From a bacterium (GTDB lineage Bacteria > Cyanobacteriota > Vampirovibrionia > Gastranaerophilales > JBAXKC01), in the NCBI GenBank assembly GCA_037137535.1, contig JBAXKC010000004.1:49675-113674 (forward strand): a DNA stretch of 64,000 nt. Reading direction: 5' to 3'. The notes under the pieces were generated by a model. It saw nothing but the letters and a program-made list of their open reading frames with translations. It searched no databases and was not told the DNA's origin. Positions within the stretch are counted from its first letter, which is position 1. Every line of letters starts with the position of its first letter. Both the position numbers and the translations under genes were made by a program. Positions 50,984 to 61,495 of this stretch are shown in pieces.

Positions 50984-51784
50984 TTATCCTACAAACTTGT
51001 TCATTTCTATACAATTTGCCTTAATATCACTTATTAATTCCTTTGCCAGTTCAGGTTCAATTTTTTTATTTGAAAGAATTTCATTAATTTTATTTTTTAA
51101 TTTTTTATTAAACGATGAAACAAACTGAATTACTTCACGTGTTTTATCAGCTAACTCCTTAATATGTGTTTCTTTCATCTCTTTCATTTCTGTCTCTAAT
51201 TGTTGATTTAATACATCTAACCCTTTGGTTTTAAGCTCATTTTCTTGATTTTGTAAATTAGAAATACTAACATTAAGTTCGTTTTCTCTAGCTTTTAAAA
51301 TATTTAAACGACCTAGCTGCTCATCAGCTTTTTCTTTAGCTGCATTTAAAAGCTCATCACCTTTAGCTTGCGCATTTGTCATATGCGCATTAGCTTCTTT
51401 ATAAAGCTTTTGTGCATTTTCCATTAATTCATTCGCTTTATCCGTAGCTGCTTGCTTAATTGAATCAACTTTTTCGCTAACAGGCTTCATCGCTTCGCCA
51501 ATTTTATTCATAAGTTCACATGGATTGCCCTTAGTAACGAGATATGTAGCTCCAGCAGATGCAGCAATAGCAACTCCTGCTATTATACCCATTTGTAATA
51601 AATCTTTCCTTCTTTCTTTAGCAGGATCAATAGTGGGAGATTTCACAAGATTATCAGTAACAGGCTGTTGAACAATATTAGTAACAGGCTGTTGCTGAGT
51701 TTGCTGTTGAGTTTTGAGATTTGAAGCGTGAAGTGGTTGTTGCGTAGCTTTAAAAGCCACATTAAGACCTAATGTGTTCCCCAT
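50984..51784 (-). CDS. Hypothetical single-TM coiled-coil protein
   Basis: Q-rich N-terminus, IIAGVAIAASAGATYLV, then heptad-rich helices. Confidence 0.8.
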   Translation of the reverse strand: MGNTLGLNVAFKATQQPLHASNLKTQQQTQQQPVTNIVQQPVTDNLVKSPTIDPAKERRKDLLQMGIIAGVAIAASAGATYLVTKGNPCELMNKIGEAMKPVSEKVDSIKQAATDKANELMENAQKLYKEANAHMTNAQAKGDELLNAAKEKADEQLGRLNILKARENELNVSISNLQNQENELKTKGLDVLNQQLETEMKEMKETHIKELADKTREVIQFVSSFNKKLKNKINEILSNKKIEPELAKELISDIKANCIEMNKFVG

Positions 51785-52039
51785 ATTTAGTTCCCCCTAA
51801 CTATCTAGTACTCAAATACTTGTTTTGGACATGTGTTTAAAATAAAAACATGCAAATTATGAATAGTAAAAAGTGGAAATTTTTTAATTTTTTTCTTTAA
51901 AATGTTATTTTAACTTATAGGTATTGAAAATAAGTGATTTACATTTCTTTACATCGCAATATGCAATAAATGCGCTAAAAAACGGCTTCTTTAATATAAG
52001 AAGCCATCATATTTTTTTATTTTGATTAAGAATTTTAAA

Positions 52040-52120
52040 TGTCGGGAGAGGGACTTGAACCCTCACAGATTGCTCCACACGCCCCTCAAACGTGCGCGTC
52101 TACCATTCCGCCACCCCGAC
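52040..52120 (-). tRNA. tRNA-Leu (GAG), CCA not encoded
   Basis: Reverse complement GTCGGGGTGGCGGAATGGTAGACGCG CACGT-TTGAGGG-GCGTG, long variable arm, GGTTCAAGTCC. TTGACA-N18-TATTAT promoter at 52214-52185; hairpin terminator at about 51983-52005. Confidence 0.96.
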
Positions 52121-52230
52121 ATATTAGGGAATTTGAAAACTTAATTTATTAAAGAATTATTTATTTCCAAATCTGACACTTTATATAATAATTCGCTAAA
52201 TGAATGAATGTCAATACTTTATTATCTTGG

Positions 52231-52500
52231 TTATTTTGACCATCTTTCAAGCTGAGGAATAAAGGTTTTTGCAATAAATTTTGCCTGAAATGAAGACATC
52301 TTCATTTTATCTTGCATAATTGAGCAAACTTTTTCAATCATTTCATCAAGGGTAATATCTTCATTTACAAAATTACCGTCAATAAAACAATAACTACAAT
52401 ATTTATCACTTAAAGTGCCATCACCAAGAGTTCCATATACAGCCTGTTCCATAGGAATTCCGCAACTTTGACAAAATGGACCTTTAGGAATATTGAACAT
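52231..52500 (-). CDS. Zinc-ribbon domain protein
   Basis: FCQSCGIPM...YCSYCF.DG.F...L.RW. Start moved to the ATG at 52500, which has a GAGGAG RBS. Confidence 0.85.
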   Translation of the reverse strand: MFNIPKGPFCQSCGIPMEQAVYGTLGDGTLSDKYCSYCFIDGNFVNEDITLDEMIEKVCSIMQDKMKMSSFQAKFIAKTFIPQLERWSK

Positions 52501-52553
52501 GAACAGCTCCTCACTCAACTAACTTTTTAAGATTAACATAAACATAATAATGA

Positions 52554-52589
52554 AAAAAGCGTTCTTGTAATATTACAAGAACGCTTTTT
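52554..52589. terminator. Intrinsic terminator downstream of rlpA
   Basis: Perfect palindrome AAAAAGCGTTCTTGTAATATTACAAGAACGCTTTTT. Confidence 0.8.
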
Positions 52590-52604
52590 AGAGCTTATAT
52601 AAAA

Positions 52605-53468
52605 CTATTTTAATGTTTCAATTTTAACATGTCCGATTCCTGAGCTTAACATTCCAATCTCTCTTGCAGCGGCTGTTGATAAATCAATTATCCTGCCTCT
52701 TACAAAAGGTCCTCTGTCACTAATTCTAACGATACATTCTTTACCGTTTTTTAAATTAGTTACTTTTACTCTTGTACCGAAAGGAAGTGTTTTATGAGCA
52801 GCGGTCATGTGGTTTGTGTTAAATACAGAACCGTCAGCAGCTCTTCTTCCTTGAAAGATTCCGCCGTACCATGAAGCCATTCCAACTTGCTGAACCTGTC
52901 CTGCTGTATTAAAAATAGTACGGGAAAAAGAAAAAGGAATTATGCTTCTAGAAGCAACTACATCATTGTTCATTAACTTTGGAGCACCCAATGCAACTCT
53001 TACATTGTTAACCCAGTTATGAGCAAGTGCAAAACCAGTCATTCTTTGAGCTTCTGCAGTTTCTTTATCTATTGAAAATAAGATAGAATGTCCGTATTTT
53101 GCAACAGCTCCGCCGTTGTAAAGCCCTACTCTTAATGTTCTTGCATTTTCTTTGCTTTTTATAAATGCATTTAATTTGTTTGAGATAACCTTTGCTCTTT
53201 CTTCAAGAGAAGCATTTCCTGCTGTGTTATCAAATCTGAAAACTTCTTTGCCGTTAATAGCAACAACTGCTACTTTTTGGCTTGTTCCTATTAGTTTATA
53301 GGATGCTTTTAATTCATGTTTTGAATTAATGGTTTTGATCTGGGAAGAGGTTTTTACTACCTGATTTAAGTTAATCTGTGCTTCATTCGCTATGCACGCC
53401 TGCCCTGAAACTACTGTAATTAAGGCACTTGCCAATAAAATATTGCGTAGATTTTGAAACTTTATCAT
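52605..53468 (-). CDS. rlpA: Septal ring lytic transglycosylase RlpA family protein
   Basis: Signal peptide; GMASWYG, TAAHKTLPFGT, DRGPF and RIIDLS. Confidence 0.92.
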   Translation of the reverse strand: MIKFQNLRNILLASALITVVSGQACIANEAQINLNQVVKTSSQIKTINSKHELKASYKLIGTSQKVAVVAINGKEVFRFDNTAGNASLEERAKVISNKLNAFIKSKENARTLRVGLYNGGAVAKYGHSILFSIDKETAEAQRMTGFALAHNWVNNVRVALGAPKLMNNDVVASRSIIPFSFSRTIFNTAGQVQQVGMASWYGGIFQGRRAADGSVFNTNHMTAAHKTLPFGTRVKVTNLKNGKECIVRISDRGPFVRGRIIDLSTAAAREIGMLSSGIGHVKIETLK

Positions 53469-53805
53469 GTTGAACCTTTATTTATCTATCGTAGTGTCAT
53501 CGCTATGGAATTCCACTAAATGCGTCAACTGCCTACAAATATCTATTTAAGCGCCTCATAGAAAAGTGTCAAGACAAACAGACTCATGCATACGAACCGC
53601 TCAATGCTATTTGAATAGTGAGATTGAGTTAATAATTCATTTTACAAAATAAATAAATGTTTATATTTGTTTAATCCTAAAAAACCTTTGTATTTCACGA
53701 AAAAATAGAGTTGAGCTTATAAAAATAACTCAACTCTATTTTTTTATGTTACAAAACTTAATAAAACATTTTATTATTTAAACAATATTTAGGGTAAAAC
53801 CATAA

Positions 53806-55059
53806 TTATAAAGCATTATCAAGTATTGCTTTTATGTTTACATCTTTTATACTTGCTTTTATGCACTCTACATTTTCAATTTCATCAGTAAAACCAAGTT
53901 TAACAAGGCATAAAACAGCCTCAACCGTTATAAGTTCATTCTCTTTTAAATTACAAATTATATTAGTCAAGCCCTCTTTAGCTTTTTTTATTTTAAGGTC
54001 AGATATTATAGTTATAGCCGATAAAACTCTCTTTGCATTAGTCATATACAATTCATTAACAACATTTTCAGCCTGTATTTGCCAAAAGTCATCATTTTCA
54101 GAAAGAATAAGTGAATTAATTTCATTTAATTCATTTATTACATCCTTTTCTTCATCAAACGTATACTGCGAATTCTCCGCAAACATAGAGAATTTTTGCT
54201 TTGCCTTAAGTAAAAGCTGAGCATATTTACCGAAAAAGTCACTTTCAGTATCTTCTTTTGCCAATTGTATTAATGAACACAAGCAATCATAAATTTTAAA
54301 ATCAAATAGAGCCGCTAATGACCATACTTCTGAAATACCGCTTAAAATATTATCAAAAGCTTCAAGAGCAAGATTTTTAACCTCATACTCTTCTGCATAA
54401 AATAATTCATTGATACTTATAAGATTTGCGGCTTCACCTGCAAGATGTTCAGCCATTCCGGACTTTGACATCGCTTTCAATATAGAAACCGAAGCATCTT
54501 TATTTCCATATTGACTTAAAAACTGAGCAGCCTCTAATTTATCCCAATCATCTTTAGAATTTAAAAGATTAAGATAAAATTCATAAGATTTTTTATCTTC
54601 TAACAAACCTAGAGCTTGAGCTGCAGCTGTTTTCAATGGAGCAAACTCCGACTTTACACATAAAAATAGATCTTCTGCTGCGACATTAAGCCTTATTTTG
54701 CCTATATACTTAGCGGCATAAGTTTTTTCTTCAAATGAGCCCTCTTGAAGTAAATATAACATTTCATCGTTAAGCTCATCATCAGCATATTTTGCCAATC
54801 CATCAGCTATATAATCATCTAAAACATCTGCATGGTACTTTAATAATTCAAAAACTTTACCTATATTCTCTTTTTTAATTTGTGATGCAATTTTCTCGCC
54901 TGTTTTTTGTAAAACAAACGAAAATAAATAATCGGAATTTTCAGTTAAACACTTCCAAGCTTCAATATCAGGCTGATTTATTATTTGAAAAGCGGCTTGT
55001 TGAGATTTATTTTTATCTTTAGAAATAAGATTATTTGCGATTAGATTTGATAGACCCAT
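53806..55059 (-). CDS. HEAT-repeat protein
   Basis: Repeats such as KTAAAQALGLL and KLEAAQFLSQYG; all-helical. Confidence 0.75.
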   Translation of the reverse strand: MGLSNLIANNLISKDKNKSQQAAFQIINQPDIEAWKCLTENSDYLFSFVLQKTGEKIASQIKKENIGKVFELLKYHADVLDDYIADGLAKYADDELNDEMLYLLQEGSFEEKTYAAKYIGKIRLNVAAEDLFLCVKSEFAPLKTAAAQALGLLEDKKSYEFYLNLLNSKDDWDKLEAAQFLSQYGNKDASVSILKAMSKSGMAEHLAGEAANLISINELFYAEEYEVKNLALEAFDNILSGISEVWSLAALFDFKIYDCLCSLIQLAKEDTESDFFGKYAQLLLKAKQKFSMFAENSQYTFDEEKDVINELNEINSLILSENDDFWQIQAENVVNELYMTNAKRVLSAITIISDLKIKKAKEGLTNIICNLKENELITVEAVLCLVKLGFTDEIENVECIKASIKDVNIKAILDNAL

Positions 55060-55307
55060 TTGTTTTTGCTCCTGCGATTATTTAATAGTTTCTATATAAA
55101 TGATATTTACTTTATAAAACATTTTCATACCATTTTTTGCTTATATAACATAAATTTATTCTACATTATATAGAGTATTTTAAGCATATATTGCAACTAT
55201 TCTTTAAAGAAAATACTAAAACAACCGATTATATCTTTAAGATATCTTTACAAAAATTATAAATATTTTACAAGGAAGTAAAATTAAGAAAGTCATAGGA
55301 GTTTTAT

Positions 55308-56033
55308 ATGCACGGAAGCCTAGATTTTAAAAACCCTATAAATCTTTTCACTCTAAACGCTGAGCCATGGTTTCAAGATACAGACTTTGAGCCGATTTTA
55401 AAAAATGACATCTGGTGCAATGGAACACTAATATTAAGATCAGGCAATCATTTAACAAAGGAAATTATAAACAAATTATTAAACTTTGGCATAAATGAAG
55501 TAACCATTTGCAATGATAATGAACCTGCACCAAAAGATGAGCTTAATGCCCTTGAAGAATTAAAGATAAATTTCTTAAAAACGCAAAACGTTATTTTATT
55601 TGACAAACAAGAAGCAAACATTAAAAACCTAAACAGAATGCTTGCCTTTATAGGATTTAAACAAAGAAAAATTATCAGCTTATCGGACTTAAAAAACTTT
55701 ATAAAAATCATTAATAATTTCAAACCCTTATATACCTTCATTAGCTATGATTTATTCATAAATAACGGAGGAAAAGACATTTTAAAAAAACTTATACTAC
55801 CCGATAATTGCAATATATTCATAATTTACGAAGGCTGCCCAAAAGATAAAAAAAAGATTATTGATGAAGTCGAAGGAAAAAACCGCAATAACAATATAAA
55901 AGTATTATTCAAACCCATTTTAATAGGAACTCTACGATCTATAATAAGTGATTATACCCAAAAACACTTTGACTCTCTTTTAAAGACCTCACTCCCAAAA
56001 GTCAACACACCTATATATAAAATGTTCAACTGA
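55308..56033 (+). CDS. Hypothetical protein: HD-GYP-type N-terminal motif plus degenerate receiver-like domain
   Basis: GTLILRSGNHLTKEIINKLLNFGINEV; later VILFD...LFKPI pattern of a receiver fold without a clear phospho-Asp. Confidence 0.55.
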   Translation: MHGSLDFKNPINLFTLNAEPWFQDTDFEPILKNDIWCNGTLILRSGNHLTKEIINKLLNFGINEVTICNDNEPAPKDELNALEELKINFLKTQNVILFDKQEANIKNLNRMLAFIGFKQRKIISLSDLKNFIKIINNFKPLYTFISYDLFINNGGKDILKKLILPDNCNIFIIYEGCPKDKKKIIDEVEGKNRNNNIKVLFKPILIGTLRSIISDYTQKHFDSLLKTSLPKVNTPIYKMFN

Positions 56034-56103
56034 TAACAACTCTAAAGAAGCAGCGAATTCAAGGAAGAAAAAGCTGCTTCTTTTACTTATTAAAGATGAT
56101 AAA

Positions 56104-56257
56104 TAACTTGAGTCGCCAAATAATCAAAAGCCTTATTATTATTATTAAATTTTAAATCATCAAAAATATTGAGAAATGAAAAAGAGGCCTAGCCTCTTTG
56201 CCACTGATAGGTTGATGCGGGAAGGTTTTTGATAATTTCAATTAGCGACTCGAGTTA
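56104..56257. ncRNA. Candidate structured RNA (~155-nt rod with internal bubbles)
   Basis: Nested complementary pairs 56104-56119/56242-56257, 56123-56134/56222-56233, 56158-56163/56212-56217 and 56181-56188/56192-56199. Confidence 0.5.
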
Positions 56258-56383
56258 AATAACTCATACTATATGATTATTTTTTTACAACCATGATATA
56301 AAAATTCACGGCTATTATTGATTTAAACAGGAAAAAGACCTTATACTTATAAAGATAAAATTAAAAATTGGAAACATGGATGT

Positions 56384-56818
56384 ATGTCTAAAAGCCTTAA
56401 AATACTGTTTATCTTCTTAATTTCTTTGATAATGTTTGCATCCACAGCTGATATTTCATCTGCAAAGAAATCAAAAGGAATGACAGATGCTCAAATAACC
56501 GAGCTTACTACAACGATTAATGATTTAACTCAAAAAGTTTATTCAGCTTCGCTATTCTCTCCTCAAGAAAATAATAAACTTGTTGATATAAAAATGAAGC
56601 TTGATGCAGCAATAGCCATAGACTCTTCAAACCCTGCATATCCTATGCTGTATTACAAAACAGGAATATTATACAAAGCCAGAGAATATAAAGATGATGC
56701 AGCCGATTGCTTTCAAACAATAATTGATTTATTCGGAGATACTCCTTATGCGGCAAAAGCAATGACTGAGCTTAAAAAAATGGGCGTTAAAGTTGTTGCG
56801 CCTGCTCCTGCACAATAA
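56384..56818 (+). CDS. Secreted TPR protein (YbgF/BamD-like repeat)
   Basis: Signal peptide; LYYKTGILY...AADCFQTIIDLFGDTPYAAKA. Confidence 0.75.
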   Translation: MSKSLKILFIFLISLIMFASTADISSAKKSKGMTDAQITELTTTINDLTQKVYSASLFSPQENNKLVDIKMKLDAAIAIDSSNPAYPMLYYKTGILYKAREYKDDAADCFQTIIDLFGDTPYAAKAMTELKKMGVKVVAPAPAQ

Positions 56819-56919
56819 ACAATTCATTTACATAAAGTCATAACCTATAAAACTTTTATTAAGAAAATTACAACTGATATTGAAAAAGCTCTGTTATTTT
56901 GGTAAATTAGGCTATAATT

Positions 56920-58080
56920 ATGCAAAATAAATCAGAAAAGAAGAAAACAATGAGTGATCTTAAAAGAACAGCACTATATGAAGAACATAAAAAACTGAGC
57001 GGAAAACTTGTCCCGTTTGCAGGCTGGGAAATGCCGCTACAATACGGAAGCATTATTGACGAACATTTAAACGTAAGAAATAAAATCGGCTTATTTGACG
57101 TATCTCACATGGGAGAACTATTCGTAAGCGGAACCGATTCACTCGCTCTTCTTCAACAGCTTGTGCCACAAGATATTGCAAAGCTTGTAGACGGTAAAGC
57201 TGTTTATTCACAGTTAACAAATGAAAAAGGCGGAATTATAGATGACCTTATCATCTATAAATTACCTGATAAAAATGAAAAACCATTTTATCTACTGGTT
57301 GTTAATGCAGGAACAAGAGAAAAAGATTTTAACTGGATTGTTTCTGCGGCAGAAAAATTTAATTTTGATGTTAAAGTTGAAAATAAATCCAATGATTATT
57401 CAATGATAGCCGTACAAGGCGAAAAGGCAGATTCCTTAATTCAAGAAATCTCCATAAATAAAGAAGATATTCCCGAAAGATTTTTTGCAAAAGAAATTAA
57501 TTCAGCATACGGAAATATATTCCTTTCAAGAACAGGTTATACAGGCGAAGACGGCTTTGAAATAATAGTTCCTAATGAAAATGCTGCAAGATTATGGAAT
57601 GATTTAATTGAAAAAGGTCAAAAATTTGAAGTAAAACCGATAGGTCTTGCAGCTAGAGATACCTTAAGACTTGAATCAGCAATGCACCTGTACGGACAAG
57701 ATATGAATGACGAGATTACCCCTGTTGAGGCATCATTAGGTTGGTCAATTGCCAAAGATAAAGAAGAAGATTATTTTGGAAAAGAAATTATACTAGATCA
57801 ACTAAAAAATAAAACTCATGATAAAGTTCTTATAGGCTTTAAAATGACAGAAAAAGCTATACCACGACACGACTACGAAATATATATAAACGAACAGCTT
57901 GCAGGAACCGTTACCAGCGGAGGAATTGCCCCATTTATAAATAAAAACATCGGAATGGGCTACATTTCAAGAAAATTCCCGACTTCTACGGGTACACAAA
58001 TTCAAATTAAAGTAAGAACTCGTTTATGTTCGGCAGAAATTGTTAAAAGACCGTTTTATGTTAGGAAAAAAGAGGTTTAA
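56920..58080 (+). CDS. gcvT: Glycine cleavage system T protein
   Basis: PFAGWEMP, FDVSHMG, RTGYTGEDGFE and ARDTLRLE. The start may be 56950. Confidence 0.97.
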   Translation: MQNKSEKKKTMSDLKRTALYEEHKKLSGKLVPFAGWEMPLQYGSIIDEHLNVRNKIGLFDVSHMGELFVSGTDSLALLQQLVPQDIAKLVDGKAVYSQLTNEKGGIIDDLIIYKLPDKNEKPFYLLVVNAGTREKDFNWIVSAAEKFNFDVKVENKSNDYSMIAVQGEKADSLIQEISINKEDIPERFFAKEINSAYGNIFLSRTGYTGEDGFEIIVPNENAARLWNDLIEKGQKFEVKPIGLAARDTLRLESAMHLYGQDMNDEITPVEASLGWSIAKDKEEDYFGKEIILDQLKNKTHDKVLIGFKMTEKAIPRHDYEIYINEQLAGTVTSGGIAPFINKNIGMGYISRKFPTSTGTQIQIKVRTRLCSAEIVKRPFYVRKKEV

Positions 58081-58084
58081 AATA

Positions 58085-58462
58085 ATGATTAACGCAATTG
58101 ATGTATTATGCGCTAAAAGTCACGAATATGCAGTAAAAGAAGGATCTTCCCTTACAATAGGTATTACCGATTATGCTGTTGAACAACTCGGAGATATCGT
58201 ATTTGTTGAGCTTCCTGAAGTTGGATCATCCTTTGAAAAAGGTGACGTTTTCGGAACAATTGAATCCGTTAAAGCAGCTTCTGAACTTTACATGCCTGTT
58301 GGTGGAAAAGTTGTTGAAATTAATGAAAAATTAACAACAGAACCTGAATTAATGAATGTAGACAGCTACAATGACGGCTGGTTAATAAAAATAGAAGGCT
58401 ATTCAGAAGACGAGCTTTCCGAATTAATGGCATACGATGAGTACAAAGAATCATTAGACTAA
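58085..58462 (+). CDS. gcvH: Glycine cleavage system H protein
   Basis: GITDYA..LGDIVFVELP and the ESVKAASE lipoyl-Lys motif. ATG at 58085 preferred over 58040. Confidence 0.96.
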   Translation: MINAIDVLCAKSHEYAVKEGSSLTIGITDYAVEQLGDIVFVELPEVGSSFEKGDVFGTIESVKAASELYMPVGGKVVEINEKLTTEPELMNVDSYNDGWLIKIEGYSEDELSELMAYDEYKESLD

Positions 58463-58491
58463 TTTTTTAATAATTTAAGAGGACCATAAAA

Positions 58492-59883
58492 TTGTATAAT
58501 TACTTACCTCATACAGACTCTGTACGAAGCGAAATGCTTCAGACTACAGGTCTGTCTTCTGTTGACGATTTATTCGCCAATATTCCAGAAGCAGTAAAAA
58601 TAGACCTTAACAACAAATCGAAATTTCCGCTTAAAGAAGGCTTAAGCGAAATGGAAGCAAAAAAACGTCTTTCAGAATTAGCTTCCAGAAATTTAAATAC
58701 TAATAAATGTATTTCATTCCTCGGAGGAGGAGTTTATAACAGATATATCCCTTCTTGCATAAGTGCTATTGTCGGAAGAGGTGAATTTTTAACATCCTAT
58801 ACACCATACCAGCCCGAAGTAAGTCAAGGAACTCTTCAGGCAATGTATGAGTACCAGTCTATGATCTGTAATCTTACAGGTATGGATGTATCAAACGCTT
58901 CAGTTTATGACGGAGCATCAGCATGCGCCGAAGCTATTCTTATGGCGGCAAGAATCACAAAACGCTCGCAAATCCTCATTCCTTCAACAATTAACCCTGA
59001 ATATAAAGCTGTAATTGAAACTTATTGTTACGGAGAAGGAATAGAAGTAGAATATCTTCCAATGAAAGACGGTATTACCGATCTTGTCAGACTCGAAGAA
59101 TTTATATCAGATATTGAAAGCAATGATTACGCTTGTATTCTCCTTCAATCTCCAAACTATTTTGGATGTATTGAAGAAGTTGCTAAAATATCCGAATTAG
59201 CTCACAAAATCAAAGCAAAACTTATTTTATGTGCTGATCCTGTCTCTATGGCTATATTAAAAAGCCCTGCCGATTGCGGAGTTGATATTGTTGTCGGAGA
59301 TGTTCAGTCTTTAGGGATTCCAATGGCTTTTGGAGGTCCCCACGGCGGATTTATAGCATGTAAAGAAGCCTATTTAAGACAAATACCTGGAAGAATTGCC
59401 GGAATGACAATAGACAGAGACGGTGAAAGAGCATTTACTCTAACTCTTCAAGCAAGAGAACAACACATCAGAAGAGCAAAAGCAACCAGCAACATTTGCT
59501 CAAACCAAGCATTAGTAGCATTATCAGCTTCCATCTACCTTGCGGTAATGGGACCTCAAGGGATGCAAGAAATAGCCGAAATTTCAATTCAAAAAGCTCA
59601 TTATCTGGCAAATAAAATCAATGAAATTCAAGGATTTAAGTTGATGTTCAACAACTTCCTCAATGAATTTATAATCAAAATTGATAACTCATTACCTGTA
59701 AAAGAATTAATAAGCGAACTTGAAAACAATAAAATTCTTACAGGCATCAATCTTGAAGAAAAATTTGATTCCTTTAAAAACTGTCTACTCGTGGCAGTAA
59801 CTGAAATGAACGATACAAGCGATTTATACTCTTTAATCGGCAAATTAAGAGAAATATCTGCTGACTATAAACTAAAGGATTAA
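58492..59883 (+). CDS. gcvPA: Glycine dehydrogenase subunit 1
   Basis: [26 protein letters not shown] and [18 protein letters not shown]. Confidence 0.97.
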   Translation: MYNYLPHTDSVRSEMLQTTGLSSVDDLFANIPEAVKIDLNNKSKFPLKEGLSEMEAKKRLSELASRNLNTNKCISFLGGGVYNRYIPSCISAIVGRGEFLTSYTPYQPEVSQGTLQAMYEYQSMICNLTGMDVSNASVYDGASACAEAILMAARITKRSQILIPSTINPEYKAVIETYCYGEGIEVEYLPMKDGITDLVRLEEFISDIESNDYACILLQSPNYFGCIEEVAKISELAHKIKAKLILCADPVSMAILKSPADCGVDIVVGDVQSLGIPMAFGGPHGGFIACKEAYLRQIPGRIAGMTIDRDGERAFTLTLQAREQHIRRAKATSNICSNQALVALSASIYLAVMGPQGMQEIAEISIQKAHYLANKINEIQGFKLMFNNFLNEFIIKIDNSLPVKELISELENNKILTGINLEEKFDSFKNCLLVAVTEMNDTSDLYSLIGKLREISADYKLKD

Positions 59884-59888
59884 TAATT

Positions 59889-61322
59889 ATGACCCGGATA
59901 ATATTTGAAAAAAGTCATGAAGGAAAAAGAGGAATTAAATTTCCCGCAACAACAGACAAATCAATAGAAAGTTTTATACCTAAAGAATATCTCAGAGAAG
60001 AAAAAGTCGGACTGCCTGAATTAACCGAGCTTGATGTAATAAGACATTACACAAACCTTTCACATAAAAATGTTTCGGTTGATACTGTATTTTATCCTCT
60101 CGGCTCTTGCACGATGAAATATAACCCGAGAATAAACGAACTTACAGCCTCATTAGAAGGATTTACAAACATTCACCCCGAACAAAACGCAACACACGTT
60201 CAAGGGGCTCTGGAACTTATGTATGAGCTTCAAGAACAACTTAAAGTTATTACCGGAATGGATGCTGTAACATTACAACCTGCGGCTGGTGCTCATGGTG
60301 AATTTGTCGGGATGCTCATAGTTAAAAAATATTTTGAAAAACTCGGTCAAAAGCGTACAAAAGTTATCGTTCCTGACTCAGCTCACGGAACAAACCCTGC
60401 AACTGCCAAAATGTGCGGCTTTGACGTTATAGAAATTCCTTCAAACGATAAAGGGCAAGTTGATATTGAAGAGCTTAAAAAAGTTCTTAATGAGGATGTC
60501 GCAGCTCTTATGATGACAAACCCTAATACCTTGGGGCTTTTTGAGGAAAATATCTTAGAAATATCAAAAGCAGTACACGAAGCAGGCGCATTATTATACT
60601 ATGACGGTGCAAATCTTAACGCTATTATGGGAATTACAAATCCTGCACTTATGGGCTTTGATATTGTTCACGTTAATCTTCATAAAACCTTTTCAACTCC
60701 ACATGGTGGCGGTGGACCTGGAGCAGGACCTGTCGCTGTTGTTGAAAGATTAAAATCATTCTTGCCTGTTCCAATAGTAAAATATGATGGATACAAGTAT
60801 TCCTTAGACTATGATTTGGACGACTCCGTAGGTAAAGTCAAAGCATTCTTCGGCAATTTCGGCATATTAGTTCGTGCATATACCTATATTATTATGATGG
60901 GACGCACAGGACTTCGTAAAGTAAGTGAAGATGCTGTTTTAAACGCTAATTACCTTAAAGAAAAACTAAAAGGGGTGTATAAACTTCCTTATGATCAAGT
61001 TTGTATGCATGAATTTGTGATTTCAGGCGAAAACCAAAAAGCACAAGGTGTAAACACAATGGGAATAGCCAAAAGACTCATTGACTACGATATGCACCCA
61101 CCAACTGTTTACTTCCCGCTTATTGTACCTGAAGCCATTATGATTGAGCCGACTGAAACAGAAGACAAAGAAACAATGGATCATTTTGTAGAGATAATGC
61201 TGAAAGTAGCAAAAGAAATCGAAGCTGATCCAGAACTTGTTTTAGAATCACCGCTAAAAACACCTGTTTCAAAAGTTGATGAAACACATGCAGCGAGAAA
61301 TCCTAATCTTAGATGGAAATAA
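59889..61322 (+). CDS. gcvPB: Glycine dehydrogenase subunit 2
   Basis: [35 protein letters not shown] and MIEPTETE. Confidence 0.97.
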   Translation: MTRIIFEKSHEGKRGIKFPATTDKSIESFIPKEYLREEKVGLPELTELDVIRHYTNLSHKNVSVDTVFYPLGSCTMKYNPRINELTASLEGFTNIHPEQNATHVQGALELMYELQEQLKVITGMDAVTLQPAAGAHGEFVGMLIVKKYFEKLGQKRTKVIVPDSAHGTNPATAKMCGFDVIEIPSNDKGQVDIEELKKVLNEDVAALMMTNPNTLGLFEENILEISKAVHEAGALLYYDGANLNAIMGITNPALMGFDIVHVNLHKTFSTPHGGGGPGAGPVAVVERLKSFLPVPIVKYDGYKYSLDYDLDDSVGKVKAFFGNFGILVRAYTYIIMMGRTGLRKVSEDAVLNANYLKEKLKGVYKLPYDQVCMHEFVISGENQKAQGVNTMGIAKRLIDYDMHPPTVYFPLIVPEAIMIEPTETEDKETMDHFVEIMLKVAKEIEADPELVLESPLKTPVSKVDETHAARNPNLRWK

Positions 61323-61327
61323 AAACT

Positions 61328-61361
61328 AAAATCCCTCATCATTAAATGAGGGATTTTTTTT
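61328..61361 (+). terminator. Terminator of the gcv operon
   Basis: AAAATCCCTCAT-cattaa-ATGAGGGATTTTTTTT. Confidence 0.85.
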
Positions 61362-61375
61362 ATAAACTTAAAATC

Positions 61376-61461
61376 AAAAAAAGGCAAAATAAAAGCCACC
61401 TTTTTGGGCGGCTACCAGACTTTGGGGAGGAGGTTGGGGTATGACCATTTGTTTGGTCTAT
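61376..61461 (-). ncRNA. Candidate sigma-28-dependent sRNA, copy 4 (dispersed, inverted)
   Basis: Reverse complement matches the copy-1 core from TAGACC through GCCTTTTTTT. Confidence 0.7.
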
Positions 61462-61468
61462 ACATTAT

Positions 61469-61495
61469 TTATCGGCAAGTTATTTTAAAACTTTA
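61469..61495 (-). promoter_or_regulatory. Sigma-28 (FliA)-type promoter, copy 4
   Basis: Minus strand TAAAGTTT-taaaataactt-GCCGATAA, 15-nt spacer after TAAA. Confidence 0.88.

Noticed and set aside
56819-56949. Glycine riboswitch upstream of gcvT
   Set aside because: No GGAGA/CCGAAG/CTCTCAGG elements; the region is short and AT-rich.
58040-58084. N-terminal extension of GcvH in the ORF track
   Set aside because: It overlaps the gcvT end; the ATG at 58085 gives a normal-length H protein.
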